Shown: one piece after another, positions 21,239-32,571 of the stretch | How positions within the stretch are numbered: the first letter of the stretch is position 1 | Layout of the letters: every line of letters starts with the position of its first letter | From: Catajapyx aquilonaris | Lineage: Eukaryota | Direction of reading: 5' to 3' | NCBI GenBank assembly: GCA_000934665.2 | Contig: KZ539127.1 | Coordinates: forward strand, 1-32,571 | Length of the DNA stretch: 32,571 nucleotides | Translations under genes and position numbers: made by a program | The notes under the pieces: model-generated | What the model was told of the DNA's origin: nothing | The model's database searches: none | The model's input: only the letters and a program-made list of their open reading frames with translations

Positions 21239-23911
21239 GAAGAAGAAGAATTATAATAGTGTAACTCTTCTAGGGCCTCCTGTCATGGTTTTAAAGTGAG
21301 GAAAAATTTCAAAACTGAATTTTAAATGCAGATTTCTGCAATGCAAGAATAGATATAAGATGAAACTGAATTTTGCCATTTCATATTATGTTGTTATAAA
21401 TAACTTCCACTAACACTTGTGGTGTTCATAGGAAGAGCCTATTCTAAAAGGGATCCTCTGGTTGAAATCAGAAAAACAGGAACCAGTGACAATTCCAGCC
21501 ACTCATCTGACTATTTCAGACCTAATTGCTACAGAGGAGGGTAACGATAGGGATGTGGGATGGAATTGTCTTTCCTTGTCAACCAAACTAGATGCATGGA
21601 TAGGTATGACTGTACTTATTACTTGCTGCCTTATTCACATATGATTAACTGGTTCCCTTTCCTGTGATTGAATTATGTTTTACAGGCCTGACTTTATTCA
21701 AGTCTTGTGATCAGTCAGGGCCAGTGTTAGAGGGGTGTAGGGCGGTGTGAGGCTCCAAAACCAGAGGCCTAGTGCAGTTGCACTGTTTGCATCCCCTTAA
21801 TGCTCGCCCTAGATCAGCTGCCCATTTTAACATTTGCACTTTTTGAAGCAATTTCGGGACTTTTTGGGCCTATTCCAGGCCTATTCCTTCACAGCCTTGT
21901 TTAGTTTTTTGCAGAGTATATTCTGTGCTCCTGAAAGGACCAAAACCGTTCAGAAGTAATGCGAATCATGTTGCCGGGAAGCATATACATGCTAAATATT
22001 TGTCTAAATTTTCCTCTGAACTATCAGGAAAATTGAGAAACATATTTGGCAACAGATGTGCATATGTGCAAGTGGAAAGTGGCTATAAGTGGTCGAGTCC
22101 ATAGCAAATGATCCTGACTTGCACTTGTGTCTTTTGCCCAAGTTTTGTGATTTTCTATCAGTTTACCATTGTTATTTGGTTTTCGTTCTGGTTTGTGTCC
22201 ATGTTGAAAGCATTATTATAATGTGTACTGAAGTAATTTAAAAGATTTAATTGACCATATCACCAAATTTCAGATGAAACTGAACCAGAACCGACAGCTC
22301 CAGAGGAGCCTGAGGAACATGTACCTAGCAGTGGAGGAGGGCCTAGAAGCAGGCCGAAGCGCAATTGGAAAGTTGGGGACCGTTGCCTAGCCTTCTGGAC
22401 TCAGGATGGGCAGTAAGTATCATATTGCTTGAGTTGTGTTTAAAGGTGTTGTTACACACACGTCTACTGTTGTTTGCTTGTTTGAGTGGGCAGGAACCAA
22501 AGCAACTAAGGGTGTCCGGCTATTACAAGGTTCCTTTGTGAGGGATTTATGCACTTTAAAAAATTTATTTTCAGCTACTATGAGGCAACTATTGAAGATA
22601 TTACACAAGATGGGGATGTATCAGTCAAGTTTGATGCATACCGCAGTACGGGTGTGACTACTCTGGCTCGGTTGAGGGAACTGCCTCCCAAGGATCCAAT
22701 TAACAAGCGCAAAGCAGATGAAGCCTCACTTATAGACCAGATCCAAAACAAGTAAGTCACATTATTTAGTGAATTTTAAAATACTGTAGAGGGACTTTTT
22801 ATAACCTGAATCTCAAAGGGACCAGAAAAAACCTTGAGTTGCAGAAGCTTTGAGTTAGAGAAGATTGAAAAGATATCCACCACACAAAACTGTACAAGGA
22901 CATTGGTTCCATGCCTCTCATCCATCCCCCCCCCCCCCCTCCCCCACTACATCACGTCATTAAAGTATGTGATAGGCTTCTGCCCATTATTTAAAAAACT
23001 TTTTGTTACAGTCACTTTCAAAGCAACCGCATCAGCTGGCACTCCCATTCATGATTCAATCCACAATCTTAGACTTCAGCTATGTATAATGAGACAGGAT
23101 TTTTAAATTATTTACAGTGTTTAAGCATGCAACTAGTCACCTTACGCAATCTGACATTGTTGAGAGATTTTGCACCTGTATCTGCACCATGTGTAACAGA
23201 CTTTGTTTCACATATATACTGTTGAACAGTTCGTGGAATCTTTGGCTTGAAGGTGTCATGGCAAAACAGGTCTGGTCCTTAAGAAGTTTTATTGCATTCT
23301 TTTGGAGTGAAGTTGTTCTGTTGTTTGTCACTGAGCATTTTTCTGCCAGACAAGTGTTTTACAGCTGGTATTCACCTCCAGGAAGCAGGCTATTCAGAAG
23401 CAGAGGGAGTACCTGAAGAAACGCAAGGCCAAGAAGCAGCAGCGATTCAAGCAGATTGAGGAGGAGAGGGAAACCGAGAAGAACAAGTGGCTACAATTTA
23501 GCCAAAAGGTACTGTTGAAAGACATTACTATTGCAATTTTTTATTATTTAACAAAAATATCAAATCATTTACTGACAGACTTGATGGTGGAAAGATGTGC
23601 CATGAGCTGTGGAGTGTTGGTGTTTTATGTCGTACACTTACACAGTATACACTTTTGTGCCTAATCTGTCAAAATAACCTTCGTGAAACCTGGAACACGG
23701 CTTACGATATGAGCACTCTCACCATGAAGTGTTGTGGTTAAGTTCTAACAGTTTTTCTTTTCAGGCACAGGGAAAGAAGGGGATGATCAAGAAGAGCATA
23801 TTTGCCTCCCCGGATAATATCAATGGCCGGGTTGGTATTGGGACTTGTGGTATAGGAGGCAAGCCCATGACAGAGTACACCCAGGCAGAAAAGTGGCGCA
23901 AGGGAGTGTAA
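19736..23911 (+). CDS. SMNDC1: Survival motor neuron-related splicing factor 30 (Tudor domain), 6 exons, 261 aa
   Basis: Exons: 19736-19798 (alternative ATG at 19745), 19974-20106, 22274-22412, 22575-22751, 23382-23508, 23765-23911. Motifs: MAEDLQANLKTYKLQMQQVEAALTTDP...EVIALTKDLL, Tudor WKVGDRCLAFWTQDGHYYEATI...KFDAY, REYLKKRKAKKQQRFKQIEEERETEKNKW, and KKSIFASPDNINGRVGIGTCG. Confidence 0.95.
20482..20713. mobile_element. piggyBac-like foldback MITE in SMNDC1 intron 2
   Basis: Left end TTAA|CCCTTCCCA and right end TGGGAAGAG|ATAA; long imperfect arms at about 20482-20590 and 20620-20713. Confidence 0.65.
21179..21237 (+). repeat. (AAT)n microsatellite, about 19 units
   Basis: Read directly from the sequence; followed by a short (AGA)n run. 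Confidence 0.95.
21716..21811. mobile_element. Small hAT-like MITE remnant
   Basis: CAGGGCCAGTGTTA ... TAATGCTCGCCCTA, flanked by GATCAG on both sides. Confidence 0.5.
21830..22170 (-). repeat. Internal fragment of the element at 26284-26986, in inverted orientation
   Basis: Reverse-complement matches such as TGTGCTCCTGAAAGGACCAAAA versus TTTTGGTCCTTTCAGGAGCACA, and TTTTGCCCAAGTTTTG versus CAAAACTTGGGCAAAA. Confidence 0.85.
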
Positions 23912-25080
23912 GAATACCTCTCTCATTATCCAAGAGAGCGTAAACCAGTGCTTCTGACCTATCTGTGGAACAAGGAGGGGGAGAGAGACTCGCACATCAC
24001 TGATGTTGTGTGGGGGTGGCAGAAAAAGTGGAAAGGTGCACAAGGATGGTTTTGAAAGGATTGTTTCATTGCCTTTCCTTGCAACTTGAATTTGGAAGAT
24101 GAAATTAATGGTTTGGGTTCTCAGGGAACAATAACAGTTTTGTTCAACGAGAAATAATGGTTTGCTGATGAGGATTTCACATGGCTGTAAATACTGTACT
24201 GCTTTAGCAGTTTCTACTCTGTGTTGATTGATTTTGTCTGCTGGAGTCCATTGCTGTGGTCTCTAATTTAACTGTTTAATTGTTGTTTGAAGCATGGTGA
24301 GTGTTGCTGGATTCCACCAATTTTTCTCTCGGGAAACCAAAGCATATGTGATTTTCACAACCACACTGATTGCAACTGAATATAAGACAAGTCCTTTTTA
24401 GCCATCATCAAGGAGAAGTGGTCAGGTACCTGCTGCAGGAACCACGACCTTTTGTAACTTTTTATTTTGACTTCTGAGAGTAAGGAGTGTGTTACTGCAC
24501 ATTGCAAGCATCTGGAAAATGCAAGCTTCTCTGCAGTCAATATCTATTCACGATTGTGGGGTTCCAGAAAGCAAGAGGTATGAGCGACTGGGTTGGCAAA
24601 ATCGCTCTTCCATCCCCCACTGATGTAGTTGCTCAAGACCCCTGCTTCCTGACACCCCAAGTTGAGGATAGAACTCTACTGGAGAGAGACTTGTATTTTC
24701 CCTTTGCATGCAACATGGAGTAGTCTGCTTTATGTTTTGTATTTGTGTAATTTATTTTTTTAGGACTACGATGATGTCTCCACTCTCAATACATAGCTAG
24801 CACGACAAAGTAACAGTATGGTGGCTTTACTATGATATTGCTAACTTCAGTTTCTCTTGTTTTTACTGACCTGGGATTAAAGTGAATCAAAATGGAATGA
24901 CTGCAGTACTTGGAGAGGACAACAAGTTATTTTTGCAATATTGGGAGTTCTCAGATGTTGATATTCATTCAGTGGAACTGCCTCTCACTGAGAACACTGC
25001 CCACCTTCACACCCTGCAAGTTACAAAAACCAGCAGAATGAAGACATTGTCACCAACTTTGCTTGTGCAAAAAAAAAACT

Positions 25081-25086
25081 AATAAA
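25081..25086 (+). terminator. Probable SMNDC1 polyadenylation signal AATAAA
   Basis: AATAAA followed by a T-rich tract (25102-25118), about 1.17 kb after the stop. Confidence 0.5.
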
Positions 25087-25356
25087 AACATAGCGTAGCA
25101 ATTTTTAATGTTTTTTTTGAGACCTCATAGTGGTCAATGCCACTAAGACTTGCCCTTCCCCCACCGATGTCCTGGGTTTGATCCCCAATTCAGACCAATG
25201 TGAGGTTCATAATGTTAGTTGACTTGCCTTAGTTGTCGTTTTACAGAAGTTTCTTTTTCCTCCCAGTTTCAGAGTTAATAAGTTATCGTGCAGACCTTAC
25301 CCATAATTAAGTTGGGAAAGCCAGAAAATATACCATAACAAGCCACAAGCTTATAA

Positions 25357-25573
25357 CACCAGGAATCGAAACATTCATCAGATGCAAAGGTGCAATTTGC
25401 ACTCCAAACTGATCCTTGGAGTGCAAAGTCTGCATGCCAGTTGGTCTTGCTTTTTCACGTGGCCAAACGCAGTAATGACAAATTAGGCACTTTCTAGTAA
25501 GTAATTTGCACTTAGATGAAAGTTTGGAGTGCAAATTTTGCACCTGGACAAAAAATTTAAGATTCAACCTGTG
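25357..25573. mobile_element. Foldback MITE remnant
   Basis: Inverted arms at 25388-25410 and 25521-25545, internal TTGGAGTGCAAA repeats, and imperfect termini. Confidence 0.55.
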
Positions 25574-26283
25574 TCGTATGGTGACACGTTGCGGTGTGAG
25601 ATCGGCATCAGAAAGATCATTTTCTCACTTCAATGGATTTCTGTCAGGAGGTATATTTCTGCTGAAGGGAAATAGTGGTTGTGATCCTTCCACTTTCCTG
25701 ATGTCATCAGCTTTATCCCAAGGTCAAACAGAGGGATTTCTCCTGTGAACAGCTTCAGTGGATCATATCTGTGCTTTTATTGGTGTACTCGGGGGTATGG
25801 TGGTCAGGGGTTCAAATCTCGTCCCCCATCACCTTTGATTGGTAACGTCTTTTCCCTCATTTTACCTAAAGGGCCAATGCACTCCTTTCCCTTGCCACTT
25901 GCCAGAGTCAAAAGAAACGTCTGGATTTTCAGAGGATCCAAAATCACTCATAAATGACCCAGGAGTGCCCTTCCCTGGGCATAACCTACGTAAAGAAATT
26001 AAAGTTCGTGAGGTATACCCTACTAGGGATGAAAGTCCTACATAGATTGTTGTTAATTGGTTACCTAGATGTTGTGCTACTGTCTCCCTCTCTCCCATTT
26101 CATTAACAAAGAAATAATTCAGCACTCAGGTATTGTATGGATTTCATATGAGGCTGCAAGCATATCTTTGTATCCACCATGACTGCCAGCACTGGTCTAC
26201 TGTTATTGTTTTGGTGGTAACTGGTGGTGGTCTTTGCTTCCCCTTACTCTGTTCAACTCTCTTTGTATTGTAATGACTAATGA

Positions 26284-26986
26284 CTGGAGTCCGGATTTTT
26301 AGGCACGAAAGAACCTCACATAGGCACAAAAAGGTTACTTTTTTGGGAATATGGAGGATCCTGTTACAGAAACTAATAAAGCCAGAATAATTTTTATGGG
26401 CCTAAAGTATAAATATAAGGTCGCAAACCGGAGCAAAAATCGAACGAGAAACTGACAGAAAATCCCAAAACTTGGGCAAAAGGCACAAGGTGCAAGCAAG
26501 TATCACTTGCTCTGGACTCTATGCCGCCTATAATAGACAGTTTCCACTTGCACCAGACTTGTACAATATGTTGCCAAATATTTTTCCAATCAGAAGAAAA
26601 TTTAGAAAAATGTTTGGCATACGTGTCACGGAAACATGATTCGTATTAGGCTACTTCTGAATGATTTTGGTCCTTTCAGGAGCACAAAAAAAATACTCTA
26701 AATAACCAAACATGCCTCAGAAGGAATAGGCCCGGGATAGACCCAAAAAGTCACGAAATTACTGCAAAAAGTTCAAGCAAGTACCACAAAAAACGGCCAA
26801 ATAAAGCATGAAAAGTCGCGAAAAGCCAGAGTAGGCAAAATAATTCCCAAAACCACGAAATAGGCAATTTTAGGCACTATTAAACCTACATTTTCCACAT
26901 CCTGCACGAAACGGATAGATCTATTCACAAAACGATCCCAACTGTTAAGGAACTAAATAGGCATTTGCCTAAAAATATGGACTCTG
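26284..26986. mobile_element. Non-autonomous DNA transposon of about 700 bp
   Basis: TIRs GAGTCCGGATTTTTAGGCA / TGCCTAAAAATATGGACTC; a second partial copy lies at 21830-22170. Confidence 0.7.
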
Positions 26987-27404
26987 CTAGTAATAACATA
27001 TACCTCTGATGAACCTGAAGTATATGTTCAAATCAATGCTATGTGCAAAAAAGGATGCATTATTGCAATTGCAATAGTTAAATTACATTTTTGTTGCTAT
27101 AGGTCTAATAAACCAGTTTTTATATGCAGTACACATCTCAAGGGCGCGTGCTTTTCACTCAAGTCAAAAGGAATGGGAGATGAATATAATTATGCATGTA
27201 AAGCCATTTTTCTCTTTCATGGCAAACAGTAGCTACTTGTAACACTAGAATTTGTAATTAAGGTTGAGAAAAACCTCGGGTGAGAACAACCAATATATTT
27301 TAAACCTGTATTATAGTTAAATATATTTAAATATAACTTACGTAAAATCTATATTAAAACAATTGGTGATAAGAAATATTTAATATACTACTGTAATCAC
27401 TAAT

Positions 27405-27715
27405 CAGTGACGTAGCCAGGATTCCGGTTCGGGGGGGGGGGGGGNNNNNNNNNNNNNNNNNNNNNNNNNNNNNNNNNNNNNNNNNNNNNNNNNNNNNNNN
27501 NNNNNNNNNNNNNNNNNNNNNNNNNNNNNNNNNNNNNNNNNNNNNNNNNNNNNNNNNNNNNNNNNNNNNNNNNNNNNNNNNNNNNNNNNNNNNNNNNNNN
27601 NNNNNNNNNNNNNNNNNNNNNNNNNNNNNNNNNNNNNNNNNNNNNNNNNNTCGAAAAATTTCGGGGGGGGGGGCTCGGGCCCCCTGCCCCCCCCCCCCCC
27701 CTGGCTACGTCCCTG
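27405..27715. mobile_element. hAT-like MITE spanning the assembly gap (Ns at 27445-27650)
   Basis: TIRs CAGTGACGTAGCCAGG / CCTGGCTACGTCCCTG; ACTGTAAT at 27390-27397 and 27716-27723; G/C homopolymers at the gap edges. Confidence 0.75.
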
Positions 27716-28274
27716 ACTGTAATGATATATCGTGACTTTAAGACATCATAACTTTTGCAAATATGGGGTTCCGCACGAAATATTTCATTTTTGGGTATAA
27801 TTAATTATACTGTATTGTCCTGTATTAGCATGATCAATTTCATCAAGATCCGTCATTATCACCCCGTGACCTTCCCTTGTAAGATAGTATTTAGTTTGTT
27901 CCAAGGGTAGGTAGGAGGGGATGTGCAAAGTGCAAGTGCAATGTCTCTAATCGTAATTTTGTGAACTGTAGAGTCTGTAGGAAATTGCCACCCGAAGTGA
28001 AGCCAGAGATGGCCCAACTCTGCACGGATAAAGGTGGTACACCTCCCCAGGGGAGTGTGAGTTGCCTCACAAGAAATAATTTTATCCATATTTTGTGTCA
28101 GTTACACAAAATTCTAGAACGATCGAGTATTAGTAACTAGGCTAAATACTTATCCTGCCTAAACCTAAAGTTTAGGCCAGAGGTGTGGGTCGTAAGATTT
28201 TCATCATACTCGAGTAGGCCTATACGTATCAAGATACGTAGTATAGTCCTCGAGATTCGAAAGTCAGTTGGTAT

Positions 28275-28380
28275 GTACTATATCGCTCAAAAAGATAGGG
28301 ACGATTGGCATTTGATTCAAGTGCAAGTTGCACTTGAGTCAAATGCAAAATCGTCTCTATCTTTTTGGGCGATATAGTAC
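28275..28380. repeat. Near-perfect 106-bp palindrome (foldback MITE)
   Basis: Arms at 28275-28326 and 28328-28380 with a 1-nt centre, about 4 mismatches and 1 indel. Confidence 0.85.
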
Positions 28381-29699
28381 GTATAGATAATACATCCGTA
28401 ATGTCAAAAGTCACGAAGGTTCGTGACTTATGTAGAGAAGTAACTTACACTAACTGTAAGATTAGGCTTACTTGCATATTTCTCAGACTAATAACACATG
28501 CTCGCTCCGTATAATTTAAAGCAGCCAATGCTTATCATCTGAGGTACTCGACACGGAGAGACCTTGTGGAGTGCGTAGTGAGGAGGGCATGCATATACTG
28601 ACCTTGGATGAAGTTGTGCAATGCCCATAAAGGCACGATTAGCGAACGCTGAGCCCATTTTATAGAATTTATTGAAATTTGCGACGCATCTTGTTATATT
28701 GATTCACAAACACAACAGGTGACATCATATTTTGCTCGCATTAATTCTATTGTCATGCTTCAAGGTAAAGGTATATAATAACTTCGGCGAGATGCAAGAC
28801 ATGCGCCTGCCCAGGAAATGGAACTGGTTTTCCATCTTATACCCGGCACTAGTTGTTTTCCATATTAATTATGATCCATCTGGTCTTTAGAAAGCAAAGT
28901 TCACCTGATAGACTCTTGTAGTTTATGAATAGCAGCAGACGTGGTAACAGTTATTTCCTGAACACTGTAGTTTTTCTAATCTGAAAGTCAACATTGTGCG
29001 TCCGGCTGCACAGTCACACATTTACTGAGAAACGGTGTTCACAAGTATTTAGGGGAACATCAGGTGACGCAGATGGGTCAGATTTCATCAGTCACATTAG
29101 CCACCCAGTAAGGGTCTTCGAACCTCTTGTTGATGTGATTTTTTTTTTTTCAAATAAGATGGTGTGTGATAGTTTTAGAATTCCCGGCAGATTGATGATG
29201 CATGTCTTGGAAAGATTGCACTGGCATTGATTGTGAAACTTATTGCGTAGTCGAGAGCAAGACTTCCTATCAATATCCTTCCAATGTTATCGGAACCAGC
29301 TAAGACTGACTTACAAATTGTAATTTGGAGAAATACTAATTGCCCAGAGATTCTGAGGCCAGATAATTCGCTGATTTCTTTACGGATCATCGTGCTTTTA
29401 TCCTCATATTGCATGATAGGTATACGGAAGTCGGAAGGTAGTTGATCAAGGAGGTACCAACACAAACTGACGAGATGCTTCATCGCTCAGTACACGTAAC
29501 TCAGTTACGTGTGAACTGAGCTATGAAGAATCCCGTCAGTTACTCGTCGTGACTTTGTACCAATCCCAGCTGGCCTCTTACTCGCGTAAAAAGATGACCA
29601 ATGAGGCGAGTACTCGAAGCTATTGCCGCCTAGATCATTTTGCGAATCTGTGTAGTTCTTTCCTGCATGCAATTGAGGCGAGTTTAAGTTGACGTGAAA

Positions 29700-32483
29700 A
29701 TGATAATTGAATTGTTACTATTCTTCACATTTTTTATTATTGGAATCTTCTACGTGAGTAACCGGCGTCCAGAACGATTTCCTCCAGGTAAACCTTTTTG
29801 AAATACTATTCGTAACTCATCGGCAGGTAACGATAAAGTGAAATAAGGCTATGCTTCGTACGGACACAAAATCGCAGGAAGGCTTATCATTGTGCAAATT
29901 TATTTACAATAGTTTTGCAACAATAATTTTGTGGCAACTTCAGACGATCAAAACAAACATTTGATACAGTATGAGATACAGAGAGAGTACTTTGATACTC
30001 GTACGTGTGACTAGTTTAAACCATCACGTGCATCTATATCACGTGTTACTGATCCATATTAATCCTGGTTATTTCAAAACTTGGAATTCATTCAATATTA
30101 TGGTGAAAGGCTAAGTGAGGTAGGCTGATAAGAGAGTGATGAAATCCTGGTTGTATTTTTGCCTTGACTTTTACTTTTCAGGCATCAGCTGAAAATTTGC
30201 ATAAACATGCTGGGTATAATTATTTGCAATTACTATTTCAATGTGAATTATTATGCTGTCATGGGTAATGTTTTGCAGACACTGTCCAAATATTTTGCGC
30301 ATAATTACAATATTATTACCATCTTGTTGCTAAACATTAGGAGCTCTTAGAAAGCTTTAATTTTCAAAATATGACTTTTTAGCTGAAACTAACTTGATAT
30401 AGCTTGTTATGCGAATATTTTCAGCAAATTTCAGCTCTGGACGTTGTTAGTTGGCACGTACCTTTTCTTAAAAATAATTTTATCATTGAATCGGAACTCA
30501 TTCTCGTTCAGTAATGAAGTTCTCTACTTATGATAACCAAGAGCTAAAATAACTTGGTATAACTCATCAGGATATGAGACAGGCATAAAACATGGCCAGA
30601 AACTTTTCTCCAATCTCAAAAATATATTCGAATTCCATGAATCTTCGACTAAAGATAGAGACTAAGCCCACGGAGCCTTGAGTACACCATGCTTTGTACT
30701 CAAGGCTTAAATAGCGAAGTATATAGATTGGTGTAAATGGCGTAAGTTAATATATTAAGGACCGATCATTAATGTCTTTAGAATAATATGGAACAGCAAG
30801 GATGGTATTACGGTATTACTCTCTCTAGTATTGTAATACGAAGGTGGAAACTGGTTGTCCTGCATGTAGGCCTAGAGATAATTATTTTAATTTTCACTTT
30901 GCATTTGGCAGTACAGTCTATTGTAATTGAAGTTGCAAAATATGAGCACAGGGCCATGCATCATTGCCACATCTGGTGATGTATATTATGAAACTTTAAA
31001 ATGATAAATAAATACTGCATGTATTTTTTGTAGGACCATGGGGACTTCCTCTCGTTGGATACAATCCATTCTTGGGAAAGCACCCTTACAAAACATTCAT
31101 CAAGATGGGGAAAAAATATGGCGACATATTCAGTGTACCACTGGGTACAAAAAGGTAATATAAAAAATCTTGTTATTAGGGTATTAAGTCTCACATTTGA
31201 AAATATACGTATGATGCGAATGCAGGGCCGTGATCCTAAATGATGCAAAAGTAATCCGAGCTGCTTGGAAGGAGCCGGTTTTCAATGGCCGTTCTCAATC
31301 GGACATGGACAAGGTCTGGGGAGGTGACGGAACAGACTTCGTCCATGGAATCATCTTCAGCGAGGGACCTTATTGGGTGGAACAACGCCGCTTTGCATTA
31401 CGGAATCTAAAAGATCTCGGAATTGGAAAACAGTCCATGGAAACTATTATCCAAAATGAGGTACGGCCATTTCATACGCTATGAGCAATAATATATGCAG
31501 TAAAATGTGTGTATACGTATACTGTACAATTTAAAGGACACTTTGTGTAATTCGTCAGATTCAAATCATGTGCCAGTCCTTGGATGAGAAAGCTGGAAAA
31601 TCAGTGGACATGTACCACTTCTTTGACCTGGCTGCCGTTAACTCTCTCTGGACCATCGTTGCTTCAACGCGGTTTGATCACGGAGATCAAAAGTTTAAGA
31701 ACCTGATTGAAAATCTTATGCAGTAAGTACAGATCCGTGATGGCATAATATATTATTGGCTTAATTATGTTTTCATATTTCATCATATTTCATGATCATC
31801 TCATAGCCGAAAAAATATGGTGTTAGGATGTTTGAAAGGGACATTGAAGAGTGAAACCATGAGAATATTTTAATATTTTAGCAACAGTTGTATAGATGTT
31901 CCGCCATCAAAATTCATTGCGTCACCTCGTGCACTAATTAATCATACACCTAATATATTTCCCCTCTGCTCTAGCACTTTCCTGGGTGATCCCGTCACTG
32001 GACTTCGGTACCACTGCGATTTTGTTATGAAGTGGTTTCCTAATTTGCTAGGGTGGAATCGCATGGTTAAGGCCATTAATAAAATTATGGACTACAGTGC
32101 CGACGTGATCAAAGAGCATGTGGACACTTTTCAAGAAGGATCTCCTAGGGATTTTACCGACTTATTCCTCGAGGAAATGAAGCGCACTACTGATCCTACA
32201 TCAAGTTTTTATGGAAATACAGGGGGTATGACCAGCACATTTTCATTCTTTTTAGGAAATTCTTGTAGTGGAAAAATGCATTGGTATACATTTCAGAGAG
32301 GTCACTTAAGATTACCTTGCTGGACTTGTTTTTGGGTGGAAGTGAAACTACTGGAACTACTCTCATGTGGTTTGTGCTGCTCATGGCTACACATCCAGAC
32401 AAGCAACAGAAGTTGCAAGAGGAAGTAGATCGTGTTGCTGGTATAGATCAAAGATCTCCACCAGCACTTCACCACAGAAAGGA
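29700..32483 (+). CDS. Cytochrome P450, CYP2 clan (microsomal); first six exons, 3' part lies outside the window
   Basis: Exons: 29700-29787, 31034-31154, 31226-31460, 31559-31722, 31975-32225, 32297-32483. N-terminal anchor MIIELLLFFTFFIIGIFYV, hinge PPGPWGLPLVG, C-helix WVEQRRFALRNLKDLGIGK, PRDFTDLFL, and I-helix DLFLGGSETT. The ExxR and heme-Cys exons are not in the window, so the family cannot be assigned by eye. Confidence 0.92.
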
Positions 32484-32571
32484 GTACGTGTACAATAATA
32501 ATAATTGTGGATTGACTGAGAATAGGCAAATCTGAATCGGTCAAGAAAACGAGATTTTAGATAAATTAATG

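Noticed and set aside
27445..27650. N run as a hidden feature
   Set aside because: Assembly gap at G/C homopolymers inside a MITE; the content cannot be known.
30674..30707. 13-bp inverted repeat in P450 intron 1
   Set aside because: Short, and most simply a MITE remnant; nothing else supports a function.
1..32571. CRISPR arrays, operons or autonomous transposase/RT genes
   Set aside because: The sequence is eukaryotic and spliced; I saw no repeat-spacer arrays and no transposase or reverse transcriptase ORFs.

Overview
Eukaryotic, intron-rich genomic DNA, probably an arthropod judging by the protein features (inference). I reconstructed four spliced genes by hand, with GT-AG junctions whose phases are consistent. 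(1) Extracellular heparan-sulfate 6-O-endosulfatase Sulf1 (+, 14 coding exons, 2043-15710, about 1062 aa). (2) A peflin-type penta-EF-hand gene (-, 5 exons, 19338-16848, 213 aa), tail-to-tail with Sulf1. (3) SMNDC1/SPF30 splicing factor (+, 6 exons, 19736-23911, 261 aa), head-to-head with peflin across about 400 bp. (4) The 5' part of a clan-2 cytochrome P450 (+, from 29700, running off the window). Introns and intergenic DNA carry tRNA-derived SINEs with intact target-site duplications and several MITE/foldback elements. The most unusual signals are a ~400-nt multi-branched hairpin domain in the predicted Sulf1 3' UTR, a candidate frameshifting poison exon in SMNDC1, a tandem duplicated W-x-D-[TS]-x-L-V-E motif in Sulf1 with one copy on a skippable exon, and several near-perfect intronic hairpins. 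Most ORFs in the supplied track are exon read-throughs or noise.
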